DNA of 64,000 bases from Carcharhinus amblyrhynchos (taxonomy: Eukaryota): NCBI GenBank assembly GCA_965287045.1, contig OZ336874.1, positions 58,094,001 through 58,158,000 of the forward strand, in the 5' to 3' direction. Within the stretch, counting starts at the first letter, position 1; the number at the start of each line of letters is the position of its first letter. The notes under the pieces are model-generated. The model was not told where the DNA came from. It made no database searches and saw only the letters and a program-made list of their open reading frames with translations. A program made the position numbers and the translations under genes. Below are positions 1 to 11,799 of the stretch, in pieces.

Positions 1-1780
1 TGTTGATATTGCAATGCATTTTTAAAAATTACTCCATTCTTAAAGTTACAAAGTCATTGCGCAGAGTGGACCAGGCATGCCCTTTAACCCCTTTCCTTTC
101 TTCCTCCAAGAAACAATTCAAATTGAATTGATTCATCATCCCCCCAAGAGAGATGTGCAAGAGCTTGGGGATGATCTGATGCTTGTTCTTAGTCAAAAAG
201 CCAAAAAGCGATCAAGCATTTTTTGAATACTTCCTACTGTTTGCAAGTTTACACAGTAGTGCTCTTGAAATTGCTATGTTTATTGGTGATGATGTTGATA
301 TTGCAATGAAGTTGATGTTACAAACTTTAGTAGGAATGATGTTGATATTACAAGCCCTTTGGTGATGGTGTTAATATTGCAATGCTTATTATTGCTGATG
401 TTGATGGTGCAATGCACATTAGTGATGATGATCTTGCAATGCTTATTGGTAATGTAATGTTTATTGGTGATAATAATATTACAATGCTTATCGAATGATT
501 GTGGTGTTAATATTGCAATACTTGTGATGATGTTACTATAGCACTGCATTTTTGTGATTTTCAGAACTTATTGGCAATTATGTTGTAATGCCTATTGGTA
601 TTGCAACAATTATTGATGTTGACATTACAATGCCCTTTAATCCCTTTCCTTACTTGCTCCAAGAAACAATTCAAATTGAATTGATTGTTCATATTGCAAT
701 GCTTATTCATGATGGGGTTGATATTGCTGTATTGTGATGATGATATTGTAATGCTTATTAGCGACGATATTGATATTGCAATGATGTTGATATTACAAAG
801 TTTAGTGGGAATGATGTTAATTACAACACATTTGATAGTGTTGATATTGCAATGCTTATTGGTGATGATATTACAATGCTTGTTGATGTTGATATTGCCT
901 TGCTTATTGGTGATGCTGTTGACTATTGCAGTGCATATTGATGTTCCTATTGCAAAGCTTATTGGTGATTTTGATATTTCAATGCTTATTGGTGATGTTC
1001 ATATTGCAATGCTGAGCCCCTGATGTTGATATCAGAACACTCATGATGATGTTGACACTTCAATGCTTGTTGACAATGATAATATTGCAATGCTTTTTGG
1101 TGATGAGGTTTATGTTGCAATGTCAATTGGTGATGGTAATATTGCAATGCTTATTGGTAGTGCTCCAGTTTCCTCCCATGGTCGAAAGACATGCTGGTTA
1201 GGTGCATTAGCCATGCTAAATTCATCCTCAGTGCATCCAAACAGGTGCTGGGGTGTGCTGACTCAGGGATTTTCACAGTAACTTCATTGCATTGTTACCG
1301 TAAGCCTACCAATAGACATTAATAAAATAAATTTTAATAAGCTGATAATATTGCAATGCCAATTGATGTTGATATTGTAATATTTATTGACGATATTGCA
1401 TTGCTTATTGTTGGTGATACTGCAATGCTTATTGGTGATGTTATTGTGATATTTACTGGTGATAATATTGCAACATTCATTGAGGATACAATACTTATTG
1501 GTGATCTTGTTATTATTGCAATGCTTACTGATGATTTTGATATTGCCATGCTTATTGAAGATGGTGTCGATTTTTGCAATGGTTATTGATGATGTTCCTA
1601 TCGCAATGCGTGTTGGTGATTTTGTTATTTCAATGTTTATTGGTGACATTCATATTGCAATGCATATTTGTGATGTTGATTCTATTGCATATTGGTGATG
1701 ATTTTGATATTACAACGCTTATTGATGTTAATTCCTATTGCAATGCTTATTGGTGTGTTAATGTTGCAATATTTATTGGT
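1..1780. repeat. Degenerate AT-rich tandem repeat/minisatellite, ~27-33 bp unit (consensus ~GATATTGCAATGCTTATTGGTGATGATGTT)
   Basis: The motif ATATTGCAATGCTTATTGGTGAT recurs dozens of times; the local ORFs are low-complexity (DIAMLIGDD-type) translations of it. Confidence 0.9.
1160..1335 (+). mobile_element. 5'-truncated V-SINE copy inserted in the satellite
   Basis: GTGCTCCAGTTTCCTCCCA...GGTTAGGTGCATTAGCCATGCTAAATT...GGATTTTCACAGTAACTTCATTGC...AATAAA matches the full copies at 36478-36754 and 51470-51765. Confidence 0.8.
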
Positions 1781-2329
1781 GGAATTTTCTTCAACTACCA
1801 GCAGACGGAACCATGATGGGTAAGGCTCCTAAATTTTCCATGATGGAAAAAGCTGTTTCCCGCTGGCAGAAAATTAGTTAGGAATTTTGTTAGCAGGTTA
1901 AAGGCTGATCTCAGACGGGAACCAAATTTGCAATCATTTGCATCTCATGAATACTCATTAAAAACTGACTGGTATTACGTTCTCCCCTCTGAGTGCCCCA
2001 CCAATGGATAATTAGTACGTTCTATTTCCCAACTATATATTAGGTGGTGTGTGCTTGGAAAGCTTCAATTCATCAATGACTTGGAGGTCAGTCGATTCTA
2101 CTTCTGCGATGCTGTGAGATAGCATATGCCTGTATCACAAGCTGTACCACTGCTTAACTTGGGAGGCAATACCTATAGAGAGGAGGGAAATGGAGACAGT
2201 ACTGGGGATGGCAGTGAAACATAGGAGGGATACAGGACCAGGGTGTGGTCAAGAAACAGAATGGATTAAGGAAAGTCTTTCCAGGGCTAAGGGTTATAAG
2301 ACCAAGGAAGAGTCAGAGACTGTCCTGGG

Positions 2330-2773
2330 GCTGAGGCCAAAAGTATATACAGGAGTTTAACAGCAATGGCGCATTGAATGTTGTCAACAGTGAAGGTAAT
2401 ATGTCTAATTTCTCACTGTATTAACCATTTCTGGCATCAAGCTTGTTGAAAACATTTGCTCCTGCTTGTGCTGGCATGATCTCTTCCAATGTCAGAAAAG
2501 AGAAGTGCTCTTTATTGCTTGATGAAGATCTTTGGGACTCGAGCAGATTCATAACCAATGCTCTTACCACAATGGAATTTACCAAACCAGAAGGCTCTGT
2601 GACTCTGACAATCACCTTTTTTTCCCCATCTCTTGGAGTTCTTTCAAGTTTAATCAGTACTTTATGTGTGAGATGAATCATGGTTTCATTGCTGGGTCAA
2701 TAGTGATGCGATATTCCAAAATCTTCAAAGCATTTAATGATCTCATTAATCCATTCTGGGTGTATTTGTCTTG
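2330..2773 (-). mobile_element. Decayed Ty3/Gypsy LTR-retrotransposon pol (RT N-terminal) fragment
   Basis: ORF 2421-2681(-) gives VIVRVTEPSGLVNSIVV...KEHFSFLTLEEIM...GANVFNKLDARNG, resembling Gypsy RT motifs VTEPTDWVNS / REH.P..T.EE / FSKLDA..G. Confidence 0.75.
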
Positions 2774-3221
2774 GATTCTCGAGGGGTCTTCGGTAGGGGA
2801 TTTTCACAGTAACTTCATTATAATGTTAATGTAAGTTTATTTGTGAGACTAATAAATAAACTTAAGTAATGCATGCATTCTGTATATTCAGCACAGGTCT
2901 TCCCTGCTGGTGTCATAGGCTTCAAGTTTCCTGAAAAAAGGCATAATTGCTTTTTCTTACTGGAGAAGAGTTGTTTGCTTTGAGTACTGAGGTTATTAGG
3001 AAAGGGAAAAAAACAATGTTTTTACTCTTGGTCACTGATTTAATAATTCTGCCAAGGTCGGTCTTCCATCACCAAAAAAATCCTCTTAATAACACAAGTA
3101 AGAGCCGCACTCGTGGCTTACAACATACAAATCAATACTCGGAGACTTACGAAATACCAGTCCAGATTGAAACAATGGGTTTTAACCCCTCACTGCTCAC
3201 TTCCTATTGGGCAAGCCTCTG

Positions 3222-3422
3222 CAAGACAAATGCACCCAGAATGTATTAATGAGATCATTCGATGCTTTGAAGATTTTGGAGTATTGCATCATTATTGACC
3301 CAGCAATGAAACCAGTGATTCATCCCACACATAAAGTACCAATTAAACTTGAAAGATCTCCAAGAGATGGAAAAAAAAGGTGATTGCCAGAGTTACAGGG
3401 CCTCCTGGTTTGGTAAATTCCA
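3222..3422 (+). repeat. Inverted copy of 2573-2773 (Gypsy pol fragment)
   Basis: CAAGACAAATGCACCCAGAATG...GGTTTGGTAAATTCCA is the diverged reverse complement of TGGAATTTACCAAACC...CATTCTGGGTGTATTTGTCTTG. Confidence 0.9.
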
Positions 3423-3539
3423 AATAAAGAGTTCATATTCCACGAAGCCCACAGGGTATTTATTGATGATTTCCCATGCCTTTTGTGGTCATCGTAACAC
3501 ATTCAAAAGAAAAGTACTGTTCTAGTACAACATTACAAT

Positions 3540-3905
3540 GTAGAAAATTGCCCAGGTATGGCCTGTCTACAAAAAAAAGGACAAATCCGATCCAACCAAT
3601 TACCATGCCATCAGTCTACTGGCTATCATCAGAAAAGTGATGGAAGGTGTTATAAACAGTGCTCTCAAGCGGCATTTATACAGCAAAAATCTGCTCACTG
3701 ATGATCAGTTTGGGTTCTGTGAGGGCCATTCAGCTCCTGATCTCATTATAACCTTGGTCTAAACAAGGACAAAGAGCTGAATTCAAGAGGTGAGGTGAGA
3801 TCTACTGCCTTTGATATCAAGGCCGTAATGGGAACCAGGGAGAATTCGAGATAGGCAATGAATGCTAGCCTAACCAGTGACGCACACATTCCACGAAAGA
3901 ATAAA
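3540..3905 (+). mobile_element. CR1/L2-group LINE fragment (family A), internally deleted
   Basis: Encodes a degenerate KIAQV.PVYKK.DKS.P.NY..ISLL.II.KVMEG RT segment, followed by the family tail ...AATGCT.GCC..CCAG.GACGC.CACAT..CA.GAA.GAATAAA. Confidence 0.75.
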
Positions 3906-3974
3906 CAAAAAACCTTTAAGATCAATGGAGGTTGGACGGGTACAGCTGATGACTCCAGAAGCAGCGGAGACAGC

Positions 3975-4200
3975 AAGATACCCGATTTGTTCCCTGGTTG
4001 GAGTTAGACTATCTCAGTCAGGGCTTTGTTTGGAATACCTGAAATAGACCTAATGCCCCCTAATGTTTGGGAATAAAGAACTAGCCTGTTCTAGTGACCC
4101 TCACTGGCATCATGTACATGTGGATGTCTGATCAAGATTAGTCTTGACTGTAATACTTCATATGCTGGAGCAATCAATAAACATTCACTACCAATGCTTG
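3975..4200 (+). mobile_element. Ancient LF-SINE-like relic
   Basis: GAGTTAG..TATCTCAGTCAGGGC and CTAGTGACCC.CACTGG...TGTGGATGTC resemble the recalled LF-SINE consensus; heavily diverged. Confidence 0.4.
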
Positions 4201-5090
4201 AAGTGTCATTGTTAAGACACCAGAAGATGAATCTGCTCCTTGTACATTACCCTAGAAAGATGTAAAGGCCTTCAAGAGCAGGGGAGAAAGTTAACATTGT
4301 AACTGGTTTAAAAGAAGAAAGGCATGACAGACAAAAAGAAATAAACACAATCACCAACTTTTTTAAATTAAAAAAGCAATTTTTCAAATGTAATAACAGA
4401 AGTGCTACAATGGAACTGATCTAAATTCCTTTAGGACTGTATTACTCATGAATTATTATTTTAAAAGATAATTACTTTAGTATTTCTGCATCAAATTAAA
4501 ATAATTTGCTTCAGGATTTACATGCTGGCTGACTGTACAGAAGTCTATTTTGGCTGCTGGGAGTTGAAATCAAATAATTGGCTTAAGTCTTGATACCCAG
4601 TCTCGACACATTCATTTTTACTGTGATTGGCTCGAGCAATAGATTAGATCTTTAACCTCTGAGCTTGAACCCAAGGGATGGAAATTTCCTCACTCTGTTG
4701 TCAATAGCCAGGCAATTCAAAACATGTTTAAATTGTTTACATGAAATTGCTCTTAACCAAATCAAAGACAAATTGACACAGGGTGGATGGTGTCAGACAT
4801 GGTAAAATGCCAGATTTGTGTAAGACAAAACACTCTTGGCCAAGATAGTGGGAGCCTCATTCTGCAACTGGCATTATTATACTATAACAATGATAGAATG
4901 CTAAAAGTGCAATATAAATGCAAGATAAGATGCTTTATATGAGCTCTCAAATAAAATGTGTCATCAATGCACACAAGGTAATATTAAGACAGATAGAGAA
5001 AAGCTTGGTTAAAGAGGAAGATTTTACAAAGTATCTCAAAGGAGGAGAGTGGTAAAGAGAGTTAGGGAGGGAATTTCATTTCTTATGACC

Positions 5091-5425
5091 TAGTGGTATT
5101 ATCACTAGATTATTAATCCAAAAACTCAGCCAATGTCCAATGTCCGGGTTCGAATCCTGTCATGGTAGATGGTGGAATTTTAATTCAGTAAAGAAAAATC
5201 TGGAATTAAGAATCCACTGATAATCATGAAACCATTGTCGATTGTCGTAAAAACGAATCTGGTTCACTAAGGCCCTTAGGGAAGGAATTCTGTAGTCCTC
5301 ACCTGGTCTGGCCTACATGTAACTCCAGAGCCACAGCAATGTGGTTGACTCTCAACTGCCTCCAAAGGCAACTAGGGATGGGCAATAAATGCTGGTCAGC
5401 TAGTCACCCAACTCCCACAAATGAA
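5091..5425 (+). mobile_element. SINE (family B) sharing its 3' tail with LINE family A
   Basis: B-box-like GGTTCGAATCC, body ATCTGGTTCACTAA...GGCCTACATGTAACTCCAG...GGTTGACTCTCAACTGCC, tail GGCAACTAGGGATGGGCAATAAATGCTGG; three further copies in the window. Confidence 0.85.
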
Positions 5426-8339
5426 TTTTAAAATACATACAAAAGAACAAAGACTGTTGCTGGACACCTCTGTCAATGCTAACCACCCACCCCACCCACA
5501 CCCCCCTCACCCCGCCCCATGATTATACGCTGTATTTCCATGCCCCCATCCCCAGTAGAAACTGATTTTCTTCCTCCCCAGTTGTGGCGAATGCCTTCCC
5601 ACTCAGTTACTCATATCTCCCAACTCAAATACCACATCCCCCACTTAAGATTCCCCACTGAGAAAGAGGACCGCCCCTAGAGAACTGCTGGTTAATTTGG
5701 TTAGTTGGCAGCTCCAGCAGTCCTGGCAGTGCCAAAAGTATTACCAGCACTGCAATGTGGAAGCAGGAACAGGCCCATGGATCACTGGAAACAGGTAAGT
5801 CCAGGTTCTTCAGCAGGGTGGGTTTGGACAGGATAGGGAGGTGGCGGGGGTGTGGGTTGGGTGGTAGGTTTAAGGCAATAGGTGAGTTGGAAGAAAAGGG
5901 GTGATTCCATCTTAGCAGGGGCCACCTCTCCCCCCACCTCCTCCCTCCCACAGCAAACCACAAAGAGCAGCCCCTGAAGATAGAAATCCCACTTCATTCC
6001 TGTCCTTTTGAAGAATTTATTTAAATAATTGGGCTGTACACTCCTGCCTGACAGCCCACGCCAACCATTTTATGGTGAAGGCAGCTTATTATAGTGGTAA
6101 CTTGACTTGGTAACAAACCAAATTAACCTTTGATGATCTATGTAAATTTGGTGCGTGGGCTGCCAAAATTTTGGCTCCCATCCATCCCCCATGTTTTTGG
6201 GGGTGAGCTCCAGCATGGGTGGAAAGCTGGTGGATGGGCACTTGACATATTTTACACCAAAAACCTACCTGGCGGGAGCATGTAAAATGCAGCCCCTTAT
6301 TTTTAAACTGTGGACCCGAGTTCTGGTCCGAAGGTTTGAAAACAATATTTACTTGAGACAAAAATAAAAAGTGTTAACGTGGCATTACTGATCAAAATCA
6401 CATTTGTTGCATTATATTGTACTGCACAGTAAATTTTACTCATGAGATGTACTATGCTGCTGTTCAGCTTATAGGATTAGACGCAGTGGATTTGGAAATT
6501 TAAAATGAAATAGAAGAATCTGTTGGTGAAATGTTATTATCTTGTAATAGCAGTTCTAACCCAATGTACACAATCAGGTCCTTTATCTGAGTGGATGCCC
6601 CATTTAGTTTAATGAAATAATTTTTAAGAGAGTACAAACAGGAAAACAACATTGGTGGGACAACATGTGGAAGAAAAAACTGATTTGAGGATCTGAAGGA
6701 AATAGCACTGGAAAAGATGAAGGGAAGCAACAAATATTGTTCACAGTTCTGCTGATGTTTTTATGAATAAATATTTTTGCTAATTGGCACTTTTCAGAGG
6801 TATGCAGTGACAGTGTTTCAGAATTGAAAAATATTTCCAGCATAAGGCACTTTAATATTTAATTTTTCATTGTACCCATTTTTTCATTATGTTCTTTTTG
6901 ATCAGCCCATGGAGGCATCGTCATATATAAAATGTTGGGGATAGGGAAGCCCAGATTAATTTCAGGATGTGGAGCAGGAGAGAAAGAAGGACTGTTTCCA
7001 TATCATAAATATATGAGGAGCCTATCCTTCCCTAATTGCTTCCAGTGTCCCACCAATGATGCCCACCACCACCAAGGTTGTATACCATTTCTGGACTGAG
7101 AGGATAGGCAGACACCTCTAACTCTTTGACCTATCCTGCAACTGGGTTAGGTTGACCCGACTGGATTTGTGATTTATCTCCCCCAGCACTGTGAATTTTT
7201 ACTAATTCTACCAAGTGGGAATTAGGAGACAGTGTTAGCTATGAAGCTGACAAGAAGTGGGCAAGGTGTAAAAGAGGTATCTGACCCAGTGCTGTCCATT
7301 TTCCACCCATGGGAACAACTTATATTGGCTCCTGTGTAATGGTTAGAAAATGGATGGACAAATTACACACTGACCTGCATCATATCACCATTCAAAGTAG
7401 CACGATGAAACCATCTCAATATGAGGCCTCAAGCGAGTGTCATACCAGCAGCGGCCATCACCTTCTGGTGACACTGCTGAGCACAGAAGAGCTACTGGTC
7501 TCTGATTTGCTTGCAGTTCCTAATGGATAGGACTTCCACTTCAGGGATCCTTGACTCTGGGGATGGTCTGTTGCTAATCTTTCAAGTGCTGGGCGACACA
7601 AGCTGCAGTGGCCTTTCCTCAATAGAGGTAAAGCTGGGGTCTTGCTGGCTCTTTAGCTGCTTGCTGAAATCCCTGTCACACCCACAAAATTGTGTTCATT
7701 GTTGCAGGTTTTGTCTCTTAGGTGAGATATTAAACTGAGTCCTCATCTAAATTAGAAATTAAAACGTCCTGTGTTATGATATGAAGAACAGAGATCCTGA
7801 CCGAGCTTAAAGATCATCAACTCCCAATGTGGCGAGTCTCCATCACTGGCTCATCCCTTTGGTTGATTTTCCTGTAAAGGTTGGACAAAATGTCAACCCA
7901 TTGAGGCAAAAAGGGCACTGCTAGAAATGCTGTTCATCTGGTGAAATGTGCTTCTACTGATTTCTCACTGAAATTACACAGAGAGACTGGGAGGAAGTTT
8001 GGCTTCAGTATTTGATAAAATTCTACTTAGCATTTCAGAATAAAGGTAAATGAAATGCAAGTCTTTTAAAGAGAGTCCTTTTTGCCATAGAGCACAATTC
8101 AAAATTACAATGGGTTCAAGTCATAGTCTTTAGCTGAATAAAAACAATTACAACCATCTCCTTTTGTGTTAGTTATGGCTGTAGATGGTTGCAAATACTT
8201 CAGCTTTACCTTTTGCATTGAGGTGCTAGGCTTTTCCATCATTGAGGATGGGGATATTTTTGGAGCTTTACTGAATGATTAGCACCTCAATGCTGAACAA
8301 GTTGATTTGGTAGAGGACACAGTTGTTGAATTGTCTTTC

Positions 8340-8720
8340 TTCTTACTAGACTTGGAGGATCTTGTAAAGATACTGCTGGTGGTTTTCCAGTGTTTTGAAG
8401 TGCCTGTTGGAGGCTGTCCAAGCCTCTGAAGCATTATAGGAGTGGGGGAATTACTGCTGCTCAGTAAACCTGTCTTGGATTTGAGTTCCTGCTCCTCAAA
8501 TACTCTTTTTCCTCAGTTGGCTGAAAGCTGAGCTGACACACTGGAGGTGATGATAAATTTATGTCATGCATGTGTGCCTTCATCCAGTAGTGGCTCCCAA
8601 GATATGGAAACTCATCCACATTTTTCAGGATCTCCTGTTGAATCTTCATGATGTTCGGAAGTGTTGTGCTGTGGGAACTGATTGGAAAAGGACCTTAGTT
8701 TTCTGAGTGTTTAGTGAAAG
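8340..8720 (-). mobile_element. RTE-clade LINE ORF2 fragment
   Basis: Minus-strand translation ILKNVDEFPYLGS is typical of the RTE RT thumb region. Confidence 0.6.
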
Positions 8721-9309
8721 GGCCCTTTACTCAAACACATTGGTGACAGAGATCTGGTGACACAAGTGGCTCAATGTAGCCGACAATGAGTTGACATTTT
8801 CTTTCCCTTTTCCTGTGGAACTAAAACAATCCACCCAATCACTCCTAATTCAAAAACTAAAATGTCTGGCTTAAGTGCAGGTATTTGAAACAATAAACCA
8901 AACTAACCACATCCAAATTACTGCAAGTCTTGAATTTAATTCAGTGAGTGTCTTTTACCAGGCAAGTCAATTTGTTAGTTTGCTTCTGTTGTTCTTGTGT
9001 GCAAGGTGATTTGAAAAACATGCTTTCCTTCTGTAGATATTCACTCGCCATCCTAGATTACTCAGTCTTTCTTCTAGTTCTGCTCACTTGATGAGTTGAT
9101 CTTCTGGTTATACATCCACAGCGGTCTGACATCAAGCTTTGATTCCTTGGCAGTCTCGCAAGCAATTCAATGAATAACTACTGAATGAAGTATATCCTGT
9201 GGGATAGAAGAAGCCAGTAACTCTGAGTATCCTGACGAAGCCAATGTACCCCCAAAAAATAGCTTTAGTGGCTATGATTTGTTTGGGTTCTTTGATGTCA
9301 AAGGTTTGC

Positions 9310-9810
9310 ATGGTCATGTGGAGGTTTGGTCTCCATGCCTAAAGAAGAATATATTTATCTTAGACCAGGTATAATGCAAGCCCAGTAGATTAATTGGTGG
9401 GATGAGAGCATTATTCTATGAAGAGAGATTGAGTGTATAGCATGTGGAGTTTATAAGAAAGAGATATGAACTTATTTTCAGAAGGCTTGACAGGATGGAT
9501 ATTTCTCTTGGCTGGACAGTCTGAAACAAAGATGGACAGTTTTATAATAAGGAGAAGGCCATTTCAGACTGAGGCCAGGTGAAATTTCTCTACTCAGAAG
9601 ATTGTGAATGCTTGGAATTCTCTACCCCAGTGAGCTGTGAATGCTCAGTTGTTGAATATATTCAAGACTGGGATCAAACAATTTTTAGATTCTAAGGGAA
9701 TCACCCAGGGGGATTGGGAGCAAAAGTGAAGCGGAGATCAAAGATCAGTGATGACATTGAATGGCAGAACAGGTTTGTGGAGCCATAAGACGTACCCCTC
9801 ATGTTTCATT
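9310..9810 (+). mobile_element. Old CR1 LINE 3' fragment
   Basis: TTTGGTCTCCA...TATGAAGAGAGATTGAG...TTCTCTACTCAGAAGATTGTGAATGCTTGGAATTCTCTACCCCAG corresponds to the CR1 ORF2 C-terminus (FFSQRVVNLWNSLP). Confidence 0.75.
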
Positions 9811-9844
9811 CTTGCAGACTTCTATCTGAGTTACTCAGATTTTT

Positions 9845-10240
9845 TTCTCTTGCCTCTTGAGTTAGAAAGCTGTGGATTCAACACCTAAGAGCCAGAATTG
9901 GAGAAAATAATCCAGACCAACATTTGAGTGCTATTCTGCAAGAGTCTTGAAATAAGAATGGTTCAGGTTGTATGTTAAATCAAGCTCCCATTTGTCCTCT
10001 CAGTAAAAGATTCAGTCACACTATTCAGAGGAGACCAGAGGAGCCCTTCCTAGTGTCTGGTCAATTTAACATTACCACAAAACAGATACATAGGTCATTA
10101 TCTCGTTGACGTTTGTGGGGCCTGCTACATCAATTTGATGTCATATTTTCTCTCATTGCAATATACTTTAAAAGTAGTAAAATGGCTTTGAAGTAGATGG
10201 CTGAATAATTGGTTAAGACACTATACAAATGGAAGTTGAT
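9845..10240 (+). mobile_element. Deu-domain SINE relic (SacSINE1/AmnSINE1-like)
   Basis: AAAAGATTC...CACTATTC...AAAACAGAT...GGTCATTATCTCGTTG..GTTTGTGGG...ACTTTAAAAGTA...CTATACAAATGGAAGTT follows the recalled DeuSINE consensus in order. Confidence 0.65.
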
Positions 10241-11004
10241 TTGTTCATTTTTTTTTCTTTCATCAAGAAATGTGATCCAAACATATCTAAACCCTCAGGC
10301 TAGAATGAAATCTACACCTTCTTTCTTGAGACTAGATTTCAGCATGAACCTAATCATGTGATGGGATTATTGATCACAATTAAGTGCATTTTTCTGCTTA
10401 CAGGATAGAAAACAAGCTTAAGACCTGGCTTTGGTATTTCTTTGAATGCTTTGGTCCTCAGTTGTAGACTGTGTACTTGATGGATGTTTGATAGTACATG
10501 TTGATCAGCCAACACAGATTATTGAACAATATCACTTGTTCTCTTCATCAGGACACTTTTGCATAGCATGCTCTCTATTTCCTCAACAAAAATTGACAAT
10601 CTTTTCAAAGCGAAGAAAGCAGCTTCATAGCAGGCACCCAAATCTACAAGTGGGAACCTTTCAGCTGGTACATTCATGCACAGTATATAAAAACCAATCA
10701 GCTGTAAAAATGTTTTTAAAATGAGCCTGATTTTTGTCAACTTTGTGCTGTAATATTTTGTAAAAATGATCTGTGTAAATTATGGCTCAATTTAAAAAAT
10801 GTAGTATTTGTAAGTTTTCTTTTATGAGTATACGGTATTAATACATGGTCTTTTTAAAATAATTTAGTTAAAAGTATGCAAGGTCTGTCAGTTTGGAATA
10901 TTTCTCAAATAAATTACTTATTTTTATGCATTCCATCTATAATGTTCAACAAAGCTGGAGTTCCAAAAGAAATGAGTCGCTATGACAATATAGGATGAGA
11001 TTTT

Positions 11005-11512
11005 TGTGATGGAATACTCCCCATTTGTCTGGATGAGTGCAGCTCCAACAATACTCAAGAAGCTTGACACCATCCAGCACAAAGCAGCCCGCTTGATTGG
11101 CACCACATCTACAAACATTCAATCTCTCCAGCACTGATGCTCAGTAGCTGCAGTGTGTACTACCTACAAGATACACTGCAGCAATTCACCAAAGATCCTT
11201 AGACAGCACCTTCCAAACCCATGGCCACTTCCATCTCGAAGGACAAAGGTAACGGCACATGAGAACACCATCGCTTGCAAGTTCCTCTCCAAGTCACACA
11301 AAATTCTGACTCGGAAATGTATCGCCATTCCTTCGCAGTAGCTGGGTGAAAATCCTGGGATTCCCTCCCTAACAGTATTGTGGGTCAACCCACAGCGCGT
11401 CGACTGCAGTGATTCAAGAAGACAGCTCACCACCATCTTCTCAAGGGCAACTAGGGATGGTCAATAAATGCTGGCCAGCCAGTGACACCCAGGTCCCATG
11501 AATGAATAAATA
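11005..11512 (+). mobile_element. LINE family A 3' fragment
   Basis: GTGATGGAATACTCCCCA...CAGCACAAAGCAGCCCGCTTGATTGG...GGGCAACTAGGGATGG.CAATAAATGCTGGCC...ATGAATGAATAAA. Confidence 0.85.
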
Positions 11513-11799
11513 AACGCCCAGAAATCAGCAAAGGTTGATGGTGGGTGGGAAAAGCAGCGTAGAGTGGTTTTGCCTGTTACATAGTGCCAAAGATTTTCAG
11601 TCACGGGTTCCATGCCATTTCATTGGCAGGAAGACCTCCAATTGGCCTGTCCTGGCATCACCTCAGCACTACAATCATGGGGGCATCACGTTTAAAGGCT
11701 GCCCCAGCACACACCAGTCACACTATGAAGGTGTTGCAGAGGAGAGTGTTAGCTGGAGAGTGTTAGCTGTCAGGAAATCTGGCATTTCCACATCAGGAA

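Noticed and set aside
1-1780. CRISPR-like appearance of ~30-bp repeats
   Set aside because: Units are adjacent and degenerate with no unique spacers, and the DNA is vertebrate.
183-1816. Cluster of overlapping 60-120 aa ORFs
   Set aside because: Low-complexity translations of the ~30-bp satellite in several frames; no evidence of a gene.
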